From positions 1 through 43,078 of the forward strand of contig CAYZHH010000002.1 in NCBI GenBank assembly GCA_964478275.1: a stretch of 43,078 bases of DNA, in the 5' to 3' direction. A model generated the notes under the pieces. It saw nothing but the letters and a program-made list of their open reading frames with translations. It made no database searches and was not told the DNA's origin. The DNA is from an uncultured Candidatus Kuenenia sp. (GTDB lineage Bacteria; Planctomycetota; Planctomycetia; Pirellulales; UBA1268). Shown here piece by piece: positions 26,247 to 36,658 of the stretch (the stretch's first letter is position 1; every line of letters starts with the position of its first letter). The translations under genes and the position numbers were made by a program.

Positions 26247-29027
26247 TTACGGTGCTGCTGCACGTGGCTTCCGCTGCGAACGCCGTTTCTCTGGCCGCGG
26301 CCAGATCGGGCCCTCGGCCTCGACCTCCCGGGTATAGGCCGTCAGCATCGCCATCATCGCCGCCAACTGGTCGGGCTCGGCCGTCGCAAGATTCGTCTTC
26401 TCCTGGCGGTCCCGGCCGAGGTGGTAGAGCTCCGGGTCTGACAGCGATTCATCGACCACGATCTTCCAGGGGCCTTCCCGCCAGGCGACCTTCCCCTGAA
26501 AACGCCAGTACATGGGGACCGGCCGCTCGACCGGCTCACCATCGATCGCCGGCAGCAGGTTTACGCCGTCGAGCTTCACGCCCTGGGGCGGCTCGAGGCC
26601 CGTCGCGGCCAGCGTCGTCGGGAAGAAATCGCTGCCGATGACAGGCTGGTCGCTCTCGCCCCCCGGGGCGATCTTTCCGGGCCAGCGAACGATTCCAGGC
26701 ACGCGGTGTCCTCCCTCATACATCGAACGCTTGCGGCCCCGGAGGTCGCCGGCAAGACCTCGACCGGGCCCTTTGTCGCCATTCCCCTCAGGACCGTTGT
26801 CACTCGTGAAGAACACGAGCGTGTTCTCGGCAACACCGGCCTTGTCGAGAGCCTTCATCACCATTCCGAAGGCGTCGTCGAGTTGGGTGACGTTGGCGCG
26901 GTAGGTTCGCTCCTCGGGATCGGCAATTCCGGCGTGCATCTTCTCGTACCGCTCGGCCGAGGCGATTGGAAAGTGCGGCTCATGTGTCCACACCGCGAGG
27001 AAGAATGGCTTCTTCGCATCCCTCTTGGTGTCGAGCCACGTCACGGCTTCCTTCGCGATAAAGGGGGCAGAATAATCATCCGCCTTGCCGATCGGCTCGC
27101 CGTTGCGGACGAAGTTCGTCGGAAACGCGTGGCTGGGGGCGGCGTTGTTCTGGGTGCCGAGCCACCAGGCATATCCGTGGTCGGACGGCTGCGGCTGCTC
27201 GGGAGTATTGAACTTTCCGTTCAAGTGCCACTTCCCGACGTGGCAGGTGTCGTAGCCAGCCTCCCGCAGCAGTTTCGGGAGTGTGACTTCACTGGTTCGC
27301 AGATGGATCGGACTCCCCTCGGGGATCCACGTAAAAACTCCATTGCGATAGGGCGTCCGTCCGGTGAGGAGGCTCGACCGTGAGGGTGAGCAAACGCTCG
27401 ATGCCGAATGGCAGTCGGTGAGCCGCAGCCCCTCGGTGGCGAAACGGTCGAGGTTCGGCGTGATGGCAACCTTGTTGCCGTAGCAGCCAAGCTCTCCATA
27501 CCCGAGGTCATCTGCTAGAAAGAGCACGATATTCGGCCGGCCACCGCCATCAGGAGTTGTGGCGAGCCGCTTGAACGCAGCGGGACGAGCCAGCGTCTTC
27601 TCAGGCTTCGGTTCAGCAGGCTTCTCCTTCACGGGGTAGAGCGCTCTCGGATGCTCCACGTGCCCCGGCGGGCGGCGGCCCGGAGACTCAGGATCGATGA
27701 GCTCGGCGGTCATCCTGGCAGCGAGGCCACCGAGCTTCTCGACGACGTCGGGATGGTCAGCGGCGACGTTTGTCGTCTCTCCAATGTCCGCGGCGAGATC
27801 GTAAAGCCGCGGCGACTCGGGCGACGCCGGTACCTGCGCCGCATCCCGACCCATTCTTTCGACTTGGGAAGCCACGGCGAGTTTCCACTTGTCCTGCCTC
27901 ACCGCATCGAGCTTGCTCCGAGAGAAGTAATAGTGGGCTTCGCGAGGCGCCTGGGCGGCCGTACCGAAAAGCACGCCTGACATGTCGCGGCCATCGATGA
28001 CGGGCTCCGCCGGTACCGTGCCTCCGGCGAGTGTCACGAAGGTGGGCAAAAGGTCGATCGTCCCGCAGACCGTGTCGCTGGAGGTGCCGGCAGGAATGCG
28101 ACCAGGCCAGCGGGCAATCGTCGGCACGCGAACGCCACCCTCCCAGGTGCTTCCCTTGCTGCCCCGCAGCGGGCCGGCGCTCGTGACATCCTTGACCCAG
28201 CCGATCCAGGGGCCGTTGTCGCTCGTAAAGATCACGAGCGTTTTCTCATCGAGGCCATGCTCGCGGAGGGCGCCGAGCACCTGGCCCACGCTCCAGTCCA
28301 CCTCCGCGACCCAATCACCAAACGGGCCATTGTCACTCTTTCCTTCAAAATCTTTTCCGGGGAACACGGGGATGTGGACGGCCGTATGCGGCATGTAGAG
28401 AAAGAAGGGTTTTTCCTTCGAGTCTTCGATAAACCGGACAGCTTCGGTCGTGTATCGCTCGACAATGGTCCGCTGCTGGTCATCGGTAAGCAGGGCCTCG
28501 ACCTTGTCGTCACGCACCAGCGGCACCACCCGCTCGCCAGTTTCGGCCGAGACCTCCTGCATGTCGTTGGAGTAGGGAATCCCGAGGTAGCGATCGAAGC
28601 CGTGATGCGTGGGGAGGAACTCGGGCTGGTCGCCAAGATGCCACTTGCCGACGCAGGCGCTTGCATAGCCCTGAGCCCCGAGCCGTTCGGCGATCGTGAA
28701 TTCATCAGACGAGAGGCCGCCGCTGGCCGCCGGCATGTACACCCACGGATTCCCGCATCGCGGGCCATAGCAGCCGGTGAGAAGCTGTGCCCGCGACACC
28801 GAGCACACAGGCGCCGCATAGAAGCTGGTGAGCTTTCTGCCTTCGGCCGCCATGCGATCAAGGTTCGGCGTTTTTTGGAGCGTGGCGCCGAAGGGACCGA
28901 TGTCGCCATAGCCGAGGTCGTCGATGAAGATCACGACGAAGTTGGGGTGCTCGGCGGCCGAAGTGCTCGCGGCGGCGATCACTGCCCCGAACATGCAGGC
29001 CACCACATGAAAACAAAAACACTTCAT
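26247..29027 (-). CDS. Secreted double-domain sulfatase (two diverged type I sulfatase domains in one polypeptide)
   Basis: Signal peptide MKCFCFHVVACMFGAVIAAASTSAA. Domain 1 has FIDDLGYGD and the non-canonical C-S-V-S-R motif (28791-28805). Domain 2 starts near 27540 with RPNIVLFLADDLGYGELG and canonical CSPSR. The start overlaps the upstream stop (ATGA, 29024-29027). Confidence 0.9.
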   Translation of the reverse strand: MKCFCFHVVACMFGAVIAAASTSAAEHPNFVVIFIDDLGYGDIGPFGATLQKTPNLDRMAAEGRKLTSFYAAPVCSVSRAQLLTGCYGPRCGNPWVYMPAASGGLSSDEFTIAERLGAQGYASACVGKWHLGDQPEFLPTHHGFDRYLGIPYSNDMQEVSAETGERVVPLVRDDKVEALLTDDQQRTIVERYTTEAVRFIEDSKEKPFFLYMPHTAVHIPVFPGKDFEGKSDNGPFGDWVAEVDWSVGQVLGALREHGLDEKTLVIFTSDNGPWIGWVKDVTSAGPLRGSKGSTWEGGVRVPTIARWPGRIPAGTSSDTVCGTIDLLPTFVTLAGGTVPAEPVIDGRDMSGVLFGTAAQAPREAHYYFSRSKLDAVRQDKWKLAVASQVERMGRDAAQVPASPESPRLYDLAADIGETTNVAADHPDVVEKLGGLAARMTAELIDPESPGRRPPGHVEHPRALYPVKEKPAEPKPEKTLARPAAFKRLATTPDGGGRPNIVLFLADDLGYGELGCYGNKVAITPNLDRFATEGLRLTDCHSASSVCSPSRSSLLTGRTPYRNGVFTWIPEGSPIHLRTSEVTLPKLLREAGYDTCHVGKWHLNGKFNTPEQPQPSDHGYAWWLGTQNNAAPSHAFPTNFVRNGEPIGKADDYSAPFIAKEAVTWLDTKRDAKKPFFLAVWTHEPHFPIASAERYEKMHAGIADPEERTYRANVTQLDDAFGMVMKALDKAGVAENTLVFFTSDNGPEGNGDKGPGRGLAGDLRGRKRSMYEGGHRVPGIVRWPGKIAPGGESDQPVIGSDFFPTTLAATGLEPPQGVKLDGVNLLPAIDGEPVERPVPMYWRFQGKVAWREGPWKIVVDESLSDPELYHLGRDRQEKTNLATAEPDQLAAMMAMLTAYTREVEAEGPIWPRPEKRRSQRKPRAAAP

Positions 29028-32000
29028 CGCGCGACCTTCTTTCCTGGCTGATCAGAAAACCGGTACGGGTCGTCGAGCCGCGTCATCTCGGCCACAAGCA
29101 GGGCTTCCATCTCGGCACGCTTTGCCGCATGAGTTGGATCGTCGGCGAGGTTTTTCTGGTGCGGCTTTGGTGTCGCGTGCGAGATCGCCGTTACGGCTGG
29201 GTCGTGATGCTCTGCAAGGTATTCATCAGGATTCGCGTCCAGATCAAAAAGCTGCGTGACGAGGCCGCCTTCGGGCGACTCGTACTTGATGAGCTTCCAG
29301 TCTCCCTTGCGCACGCAGCGGATGCCCGGCTTCGCGCCACCACAGTAAACGCCATAGAGCACATCGCGGACATGCGGAGTTTCTCCGGTGACCACCGGCA
29401 CGAAACTCGTGCCTTCGTTCGTTAGCGGTGGCTCGATCCCGGCCATGTCGCAGAGCGTGGCCAGGACATCGGTGAGATAGACATTGCCTGTCACGCGGGT
29501 GCCCGGCTTCACGCCGGGGCCGGCCACGATGAGCGGCACCCGCCAGGTAGGCTCGTAGAGATTTTGCTTGCCCTGGAGGCCGTGGCGACCGATCGCCATG
29601 CCGTGGTCGGCGGTGTAGACGATCCAGGTGTTATCGAGCTCCCCCATGACGCGAAGCTTGTCGAGCACGCGGCCGATTTGGATGTCGATATTCTCGCTGC
29701 AGGCAAACTCACGGCCGAGCTCGTTGCGGATCGTGGCCTCGTCGCGTCGCCGCCAGACGCCGCTGACGGCCTTCTCATCCCGCACGTCCATGTCGGTGTT
29801 GTCAAAGGGGTGTTTCGGGAGCCAGCTCGCCGGAAGCGGTGGCTGCCGGGGATCGAGCGGGGGAGGTCGCGCGGCGTCGGTGTGATTGGTCGCGGCATAC
29901 TTCGCGAGGAGCTCGGGCGTGCCGTCCCTGGTGTCGTGCGGATGCGAGAAGCCGTAGTAAACGAGAAACGGATCGGTGTCCCGCGTAGCCTCGCGGGCCT
30001 CGAGAAATTCGAGGACGCGGTTGGCATGCCAGGCGCTGCCTCCTTCGGGAGTACCCTCTCGCTTGGTCGCATCATCCCGAACGGTGAACCTTTTATTGGC
30101 CCCCTCGTAGCTGTTGCCCTGCTTGCAAGTCCGCATCGTGTCGTAGCCAGCGGCATTGAAAACGGCGGCGAGGACATGGTCTTCGATGTCGTCAGGGCAT
30201 CGGCGTTGAGAACCAGCAGCAGCCTTGCCGCGGCGCTCCTCCGGCCCGATCGGCAGGTGCCAGAGCGACCGGCCGGTCATGATCATGTGCCGCGACGGCG
30301 TGCAGACCGCGCCCAAAAACGAGCCCATGTGATAGGCCGCATCGAAAACGACGCCACGGGCGGCGAGCGAGTCGATCACCGGCGTGTCGAGTTTTGACGC
30401 TGGATCGTAGGCATGGAGATCGAAGGGGGACTGATCGTCAACGAGGATGAAGAGAATGTTCGGCCGCTTGGCAGGCGCAGGGGCGGCGGCAGCGTGAAGG
30501 GCTGTCGTCGCCGCGAGGGCTACCGCCGGCATGCTTGCGGCCGAAGGGGCATTGCCCTCCCTCTGCCCTTTTGCTGCCTCATCCGCAAACGGCAGCGGCC
30601 AATCCGGGGCCGGCACATGCTCGAGATTCATGAGGGCTTCGAGCCGACTGACCACATCGGGATGCTCGGCCGCGACATTATTTGTCTCCGAGGGATCGGC
30701 GCGGAGGTCGTAGAGCTCGGTGGTGATGACGGGCTTGGCCTGCTTTGCTCGTGCCGCCTGGCGAATCGCCTTCCAACGGCCGTCGGTCACGGCCTGCCAC
30801 TGACCTTGGGTCAGTTCGCGGTAGAGATGGCCGTCTGCCGCCACGGCCCCCCCCGTGAGCTCGTTGGCCAAGCTTCCCCCGTCGATGTCGTCAGGAACTT
30901 TTGGAGTGAGCCCGGCAAGGTCGAGCAGTGTCGGCATCCAGTCTTCAAAACCGGTCGGGACGTCGAGCGACTTGCCGGCCGGAATCTTACCTGGCCAGAC
31001 AATCGCAGCCGGAACGCGAAGCCCGCCCTCGTAGGGCGAGCCCTTCCAGTCGCGATAGGGGCCATTGCTCGCGAGTCGCGCCGTGTCGACGCCGCCAGAG
31101 CCTGGCGACGCGGCACCGTTGTCGCTCGTGAAGACCACGATGGTGTCGTCGGCGAGTTTCAATTCGTCCAACAGCTTGACGATCCGCCCCACCTCGCGGT
31201 CCATTCGCGTGACCATCGCCGCATAGGTCGCAAGCGGCCGCTTGCAGGGGACGTAGCCAGCGCCGCCGAGATAGGGTTTTTCCTTGCCGAAATGCGCGTG
31301 GTACTCGGCCAGTGACGGTTCGTCGGCCGGCACCTGAAGAGCCACATGCGGGACGGTCGTCGGACAATAGAGGAAGAACGGCTTGCCCGCGTGCTCACGA
31401 ATAAACTCGAGCTGTTTCTCGGCGATCAAGTCGGCCGAGTAGTGCTTTCCAGCATTCGCCGTCTCGCCCGCTGGCGAGGGATTGTCGATCGTAACCCGCT
31501 CGCGGTTGTCCCAGAGGTGATCGGGATAAAAGGAATGCGCCTCTCGCTGGCAGTTGTAGCCATAGAACCGATCGAAGCCGCAGGCGACCGGATCAGACTG
31601 GCTACCAGGGGCGCCCAGACCCCACTTCCCAAAGCCACCGGTCGCGTAACCGGCGTCGTGAAGAATGCCTGAGAGCGTCACGGTGCCCGCGGGCATCGGA
31701 AACTGCCCCTCGGGCTTCACCTCGCGATTACTGCGGACGAGGGCATGGCCTGGATGTTTTCCCGTGAACAAGACACACCGGCTCGGCGCGCAGACGGCGC
31801 TGCCTGCCCAGTGCCACGAGAGCCTGGTGCCCCGTTCAAAAAGCGCGTCGATATTCGGCGTGCGAATGTCTTTGCCACCGAGTGCCGCGATGTCACCGAG
31901 GCCAAGATCGTCACAGAGAAAGAAAACGATGTTGGGCCGGCGGGGCACGTCTCCGGATGCCGCCCAGGTCGAACCCGCACCACTCGAGCTCGCTACCGCT

Positions 32001-32038
32001 GCCCAAAGAATGACCGCTGCACGCCACCATCGGCTCAT
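29024..32038 (-). CDS. Secreted double-domain sulfatase
   Basis: Signal peptide MSRWWRAAVILWAAVASSSGAGS. Domain 1 has FLCDDLGLGD and CAPSR. Domain 2 starts near 30470 with KRPNILFILVDDQSPFD and CTPSR. ATGA overlaps occur at both gene ends. Confidence 0.9.
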   Translation of the reverse strand: MSRWWRAAVILWAAVASSSGAGSTWAASGDVPRRPNIVFFLCDDLGLGDIAALGGKDIRTPNIDALFERGTRLSWHWAGSAVCAPSRCVLFTGKHPGHALVRSNREVKPEGQFPMPAGTVTLSGILHDAGYATGGFGKWGLGAPGSQSDPVACGFDRFYGYNCQREAHSFYPDHLWDNRERVTIDNPSPAGETANAGKHYSADLIAEKQLEFIREHAGKPFFLYCPTTVPHVALQVPADEPSLAEYHAHFGKEKPYLGGAGYVPCKRPLATYAAMVTRMDREVGRIVKLLDELKLADDTIVVFTSDNGAASPGSGGVDTARLASNGPYRDWKGSPYEGGLRVPAAIVWPGKIPAGKSLDVPTGFEDWMPTLLDLAGLTPKVPDDIDGGSLANELTGGAVAADGHLYRELTQGQWQAVTDGRWKAIRQAARAKQAKPVITTELYDLRADPSETNNVAAEHPDVVSRLEALMNLEHVPAPDWPLPFADEAAKGQREGNAPSAASMPAVALAATTALHAAAAPAPAKRPNILFILVDDQSPFDLHAYDPASKLDTPVIDSLAARGVVFDAAYHMGSFLGAVCTPSRHMIMTGRSLWHLPIGPEERRGKAAAGSQRRCPDDIEDHVLAAVFNAAGYDTMRTCKQGNSYEGANKRFTVRDDATKREGTPEGGSAWHANRVLEFLEAREATRDTDPFLVYYGFSHPHDTRDGTPELLAKYAATNHTDAARPPPLDPRQPPLPASWLPKHPFDNTDMDVRDEKAVSGVWRRRDEATIRNELGREFACSENIDIQIGRVLDKLRVMGELDNTWIVYTADHGMAIGRHGLQGKQNLYEPTWRVPLIVAGPGVKPGTRVTGNVYLTDVLATLCDMAGIEPPLTNEGTSFVPVVTGETPHVRDVLYGVYCGGAKPGIRCVRKGDWKLIKYESPEGGLVTQLFDLDANPDEYLAEHHDPAVTAISHATPKPHQKNLADDPTHAAKRAEMEALLVAEMTRLDDPYRFSDQPGKKVAR

Positions 32039-35000
32039 CGGACAGCCCCTTTCAATATGGTTTCTGGCTCGGATACCAGATCGATACCAGGGCGGGCCGT
32101 TGCCCCACGTCCGAACTGCTTCCAGAAGGCGGTCTTAAACGGGTTCTCGTCTGGCCCGTCGATATCTTCATTCACGAGATCCGGCTGCACGCTCTCCCAC
32201 CAGGCGTCGTACGCCTTCGCCAGCCGCGCGACCACATCGGGATGCTCAACTGCGATATCCCGGGTTTCGCCAGGGTCCGCTGCGATGTCAAAAAGCTCCC
32301 AACCTTTTGGGCGGTTGCTCATGTTCACGAGCTGCCAGGAACCCTCGCGGATGCGGCACTTGGCGTAGCGGCTTTCCGCCGCCTTCCCGCGATCCCAGCG
32401 TCCAACATGCGTGACAAGGAATCGGTCGGGCCACTCGGCACGGGCATCCGCAAGCAACGGCACGAGACTTCTTCCCTCAATCCGTGAGGTGACATCCGGC
32501 GGAATCGTCACTCCGGCGATCTCACAAAGCGTGGGGAGGACGTCGATGTGGGCCGTCACGGCGGACACATCGACGCCGGCAGGAAGGGCTTCAGGCCACC
32601 GCCAGAAGGCCGGCACCCGCGTGCCACCCCGGTAGGGCGATCCCTTGTGGCCCCGCATTCCGTCATTGAAGACATTCGCGCCCTGCGCCGTGCCGTTGTC
32701 GGTCGTGAAGACCAGAAGGGTGTCGTCGGCAATGCCCCATTCGTCGAGTTTCGTGAGGAGACGACCGATATTCGTGTCAACGTTTTCGATCATGCCGTAG
32801 AACCGCGCGGTGTTCGCCTGCTGCTTGGGGTCGGTGACTCCGGCGGCCTCGAGTGGCGCGCGATACTTTTCATCGCTGCCCGGCGGGCAGATATACGGCG
32901 CGTGCGGACAATTCGGCGTGACGTAGCAAAAGAACGGCCTCTTCTCCTGGCGGCAGTGATCGATCCAGTCCAAGGCGGCTTCAAAAAAAACGTCGGTGCA
33001 GTAGCCACTCGTTCGCACGAGCGTCCCGCCGCTGCGGATCACCGGATCGAAATAGGTGTTCCCGGGGACGTCACCACAACTGCCCGGATAGCCCTGGCCG
33101 ATACCGCCGCACCCGTGGATGAAGACGCGATCAAACCCCCGCTTGCCCGGCTGGTAGGCATCCTCGTCGCCGAGGTGCCACTTCCCAAAAATGCCACTGG
33201 TGTAACCGGCCGTCGCCAGCAACTGCGGCAGCGTGACGGCGTCGAGCGCCATCCGTTCACGTTCGTGGATCGTGTGCGTGACGCCCGAGCGAAACTCGTG
33301 CCGCCCCGTCATGAGCGCCGCCCGCGTGGGTGAGCAGGTGGGGCTCGCGTGAAACTCCGTCAGCCGCACGCTCTCCCGGCAGAGTCGGTCGAGGTTCGGC
33401 GTCTTGATGATGCCATTGCCGTGGGCCGCGAGGTCACCGTAGCCCTGGTCGTCGGTCATCACATAGATAATGTTGGGCCGTCGGCCGCTCAGCGGACGCT
33501 TTTTGGGAGAAGCCGGGGCCGGTGCGTTCGCCGCCGCGCGGCACTCCTCCGCAATCCGGTTCCACTCTTTTTCAAGCGCCTCCACGCGCTCAGGATGGTC
33601 AGCCGCCAGATCATTGGTCTCGCAGCGGTCGCGGGCCAGGTCGTACAGCTCCCAGGGATCCCCTTCGGCTGCGACCAGTTTCCAGTCGCCCATGCGGACG
33701 GCGCGGTGCCCCTCGTGGCACCACCAGAGCGAATCATGCGCGGGCGGAACCTTCGGATTGCGGAGCGCACCAGCAAAACTCCGGCCCTGCATCGGCGGCG
33801 AGTCCTGCGGCTCCTGTTCCTGGACGCCCACCAGTTCGAGCACCGTTGGGACCAGATCGATCACATGCACCGGCTGCGTCCGAAGTGCACCCTTGGCAGG
33901 AATCCCCGCGGGCCAGTGCGCGATCCACGGCGTGGCGATGCCCCCCTCGTGAACCCAGGTCTTGTGCCGGCGAAACGGCGCGTTTGAGCAGCTCGACCAG
34001 CCTGGTCCCAGACAGAGAAAACTTTTTCGTGAACCGGGCGATGCTGCCGGATCATGCCCTTCGCCGCGAATCATCATCTCGGCCGAGGCGCCGTTGTCGC
34101 TTAGAAACAGAATGAGCGTATTCTCAAGGGCGCCCATCTCTGCGAGCTGATCAATGATGCGGCCGACCTCATGGTCCATCACGTCGATCATCGCCGCATG
34201 AATGGCCATTTTGGTCGCTTGGAACTCCCGCTGGGATTCGGTCAGCGAATCCCAGGGCACGGGCCGGTTTACCTCGTCGGGCCCAAGCGTCTTGAGGACA
34301 TCGGGAAAGGCATACGGCGGCCCGAGATCCCGCTCGATCTCCGAGACCGCCGTGGTGACCATGCCGTCGGCTGCAATCCGCTTGGCACGCTCGGCCCGCA
34401 CGGCATCCCAGCCGGCGCGGTAGCGGTCGCGGTACTTGGCGATCACGTCCGCGGGCGCCTGCAGCGGGAAGTGAGGAGCCGTGAAGGCGACGTAACTGAA
34501 GAAAGGCTGGCTGGCATGATCCCGTGCATGGTCCGCCAGGCATGTCACGGCATGGTCGCCGATCGCGGTAGTCGCGTAAAAGTCGTCGCCTTCGAGTTGT
34601 TTCCCATCAACCTTCACGCCCGTAGGATCGAAGTAGTTACTTTGGCCGGTGCCTGTCACATCGAGTGACCGGTTGAACCCCCCGGCCATCGGGCCGCCAT
34701 CGATATGCCACTTGCCCGAGTGGTACGAGCGATACCCTGCCCCCGTGAGCCGCTCCGGAAGCAGCTTGGCCCAGGCCGGCCGGCCGCTCTGGGCACCCCC
34801 TTTTCCGCCTGGGAGTTTGTCGCGCCCAACCGTCTGGGCGTAGTAGCCCGTGAGGAGCGCGGCCCGTGTTGGCCAACAGCGGGCGGTGTTGTAGCCCTGC
34901 GTGAACCGCAGGCCACCGGCCGCGAGTCGATCGAGATTGGGCGTATCGATCTCGCCACCATATGAGCCGACATCGGAGAAGCCGAGATCGTCGGCGAGGA

Positions 35001-35106
35001 TCACGAGAATGTTCGGGCGGGGCGACTCCTCAAGCTCGGCCGCCACTGCCGACAGACTCGCCGCGACGAGCACCATCGCCAAAACCACCTCGCGGCATAT
35101 CACCAT
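32035..35106 (-). CDS. Secreted double-domain sulfatase
   Basis: I prefer ATG 35106 (GAGGAGG 6-7 nt upstream), which starts the signal peptide MVICREVVLAMVLVAASLSAVAA. Domain 1 has ILADDLGFSD and CWPTR. Domain 2 starts near 33480 with RRPNIIYVMTDDQGYGD and CSPTR. Confidence 0.9.
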   Translation of the reverse strand: MVICREVVLAMVLVAASLSAVAAELEESPRPNILVILADDLGFSDVGSYGGEIDTPNLDRLAAGGLRFTQGYNTARCWPTRAALLTGYYAQTVGRDKLPGGKGGAQSGRPAWAKLLPERLTGAGYRSYHSGKWHIDGGPMAGGFNRSLDVTGTGQSNYFDPTGVKVDGKQLEGDDFYATTAIGDHAVTCLADHARDHASQPFFSYVAFTAPHFPLQAPADVIAKYRDRYRAGWDAVRAERAKRIAADGMVTTAVSEIERDLGPPYAFPDVLKTLGPDEVNRPVPWDSLTESQREFQATKMAIHAAMIDVMDHEVGRIIDQLAEMGALENTLILFLSDNGASAEMMIRGEGHDPAASPGSRKSFLCLGPGWSSCSNAPFRRHKTWVHEGGIATPWIAHWPAGIPAKGALRTQPVHVIDLVPTVLELVGVQEQEPQDSPPMQGRSFAGALRNPKVPPAHDSLWWCHEGHRAVRMGDWKLVAAEGDPWELYDLARDRCETNDLAADHPERVEALEKEWNRIAEECRAAANAPAPASPKKRPLSGRRPNIIYVMTDDQGYGDLAAHGNGIIKTPNLDRLCRESVRLTEFHASPTCSPTRAALMTGRHEFRSGVTHTIHERERMALDAVTLPQLLATAGYTSGIFGKWHLGDEDAYQPGKRGFDRVFIHGCGGIGQGYPGSCGDVPGNTYFDPVIRSGGTLVRTSGYCTDVFFEAALDWIDHCRQEKRPFFCYVTPNCPHAPYICPPGSDEKYRAPLEAAGVTDPKQQANTARFYGMIENVDTNIGRLLTKLDEWGIADDTLLVFTTDNGTAQGANVFNDGMRGHKGSPYRGGTRVPAFWRWPEALPAGVDVSAVTAHIDVLPTLCEIAGVTIPPDVTSRIEGRSLVPLLADARAEWPDRFLVTHVGRWDRGKAAESRYAKCRIREGSWQLVNMSNRPKGWELFDIAADPGETRDIAVEHPDVVARLAKAYDAWWESVQPDLVNEDIDGPDENPFKTAFWKQFGRGATARPGIDLVSEPETILKGAVR

Positions 35107-35131
35107 GCGTCCCCCTCCTCGTTCGCCGCGG

Positions 35132-36619
35132 TCAGACCGGCGTTTTTTTCTTTCCAGGCTTCCCACGCGGCGGTGCCGGCGGGGGTGCATCGAGGTCATC
35201 CCCAAAGGTCGCCCGGAGGAGCCCTTCAAGATAACCTACCGTTTCGGCATGCGCCGGCTGGTCGACCAGATTGTCGAGCTCTTCGGGATCGGTGTCGTAG
35301 TCATAAAGCTCCCGCCCCGCCCGTCCACCATTCCAGAGCGTATACCGCCAGCGGCCGCTCCGCACGCTCACACCAAACACCCCGCCGCGGGCAACTTCGG
35401 TGAACGCCGGCCGGTCCGGAAAGTTTTTCACGGTCTCGGCGTCGCCGACAACGAGCGGGGCGAGGCTTCGCCCTTCAAAGCCCTCGGCTGCGGGCACGTT
35501 GCAGAGGTCACAGAGCGTCGGCGCGAGGTCGAGAAGCTCTACCGTGTGCCGCATCCTGTGACCCGACCGTCCCCCGGGCGCGACGATGATCAGCGGCACC
35601 CGGGCGCTATTCTCAAAGAGGCTCATCTTCTGCCACAGGCCATGCTCGCCTAAGTGGTAGCCGTGGTCACTCGTGAACACGATGACGGTGTCGTCGGCCA
35701 GGCCGAGCCGATCGAGCGCGTCCACGACGATGCCTACCTGCGCGTCCACGAACGACACGCTTGCCCGGTAGGCCTGGAGCGCCTCGCAACCAAGTTTCCC
35801 CTCGAGCCGCACCTGCTCATGCTTGCGGCTGTCAATCGCCGCGGGGGGAACACGGGCATCGTGATCGGCTGGTACTTCCGGGAGCGCTACCTCGCCAAGC
35901 GGATGCTTCTCAAACCACGGCTTCGGGGCCACATAGGGCGTATGCGGCCGGTAAAATCCGACCGCCAGAAAAAACGGTTTTTGGTGTTGGACGTCTGCAA
36001 AGTGTTCGAGCCGCTCGACGGCATGAGCCGCACCGATCCCGTCGGTTTGTTCCGCGTCAGTGCCGTCCGCGGCGAGCCAGCTCACCGTGCCACCAAACTT
36101 CCCCGGCTCGAGCGAAAAGATTTTGTCTTGGTCCGCAACGTCGCGGCCCTTGGGATTGAAGACGGCGTCCCAGCTTGGTGGGTCGTCATGGCCGCTGGTA
36201 CCGATCCCATTCGGAACGCTGTAATGAAAAAGCTTGCCGATCCGCTCGACCTGCCAGCCGGCGTTACGGAAGGCCTGCGGCAGCGTGACGGTGGCGGGGT
36301 CGGCGTTTCGAAAGTGGCGGGCGTTGTCCCGGACGGTCGTCGTGCCCGGACGACGGCCCGTCAAAAAACTCGCGCGGCTCGGATTGCACAGTGGAAACTG
36401 GCAGTAGGCTCGCTCAAAGAGCACGCCCCGCTTCGCCAGCGCATCGACATTCGGCGAACTGGCCGTCGCATCGCCATACGCCCCGAGCGCGCAGCACAGG
36501 TCGTCACAGATCACGAAGAGGACATTTCGCGGCTTCGGCGGCGACTCCGCGGCCGCAGGCACGAGCCATCCGAATACAAGCAGACCGACGAGCGCTGCGA
36601 TCCTGTGGAAACATGCCAT
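35132..36619 (-). CDS. Secreted single-domain sulfatase
   Basis: Signal peptide MACFHRIAALVGLLVFGWLVPAAA, VICDDL, and CNPSRASFLTGRRP. Confidence 0.9.
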   Translation of the reverse strand: MACFHRIAALVGLLVFGWLVPAAAESPPKPRNVLFVICDDLCCALGAYGDATASSPNVDALAKRGVLFERAYCQFPLCNPSRASFLTGRRPGTTTVRDNARHFRNADPATVTLPQAFRNAGWQVERIGKLFHYSVPNGIGTSGHDDPPSWDAVFNPKGRDVADQDKIFSLEPGKFGGTVSWLAADGTDAEQTDGIGAAHAVERLEHFADVQHQKPFFLAVGFYRPHTPYVAPKPWFEKHPLGEVALPEVPADHDARVPPAAIDSRKHEQVRLEGKLGCEALQAYRASVSFVDAQVGIVVDALDRLGLADDTVIVFTSDHGYHLGEHGLWQKMSLFENSARVPLIIVAPGGRSGHRMRHTVELLDLAPTLCDLCNVPAAEGFEGRSLAPLVVGDAETVKNFPDRPAFTEVARGGVFGVSVRSGRWRYTLWNGGRAGRELYDYDTDPEELDNLVDQPAHAETVGYLEGLLRATFGDDLDAPPPAPPRGKPGKKKTPV

Positions 36620-36658
36620 TGAAAGATCTCCGTAAGGATCGGTGAACGCGCCCGCCCC

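Noticed and set aside
35107-35229. N-terminal extensions of track ORFs (for example 35229, 39466, 3401, 15540, 16459, 12997)
   Set aside because: The extended segments are R/G/P-rich and not protein-like. They overlap upstream genes or promoters and often start at non-ATG codons. Internal ATGs with SD motifs begin proper signal peptides or conserved N-termini.
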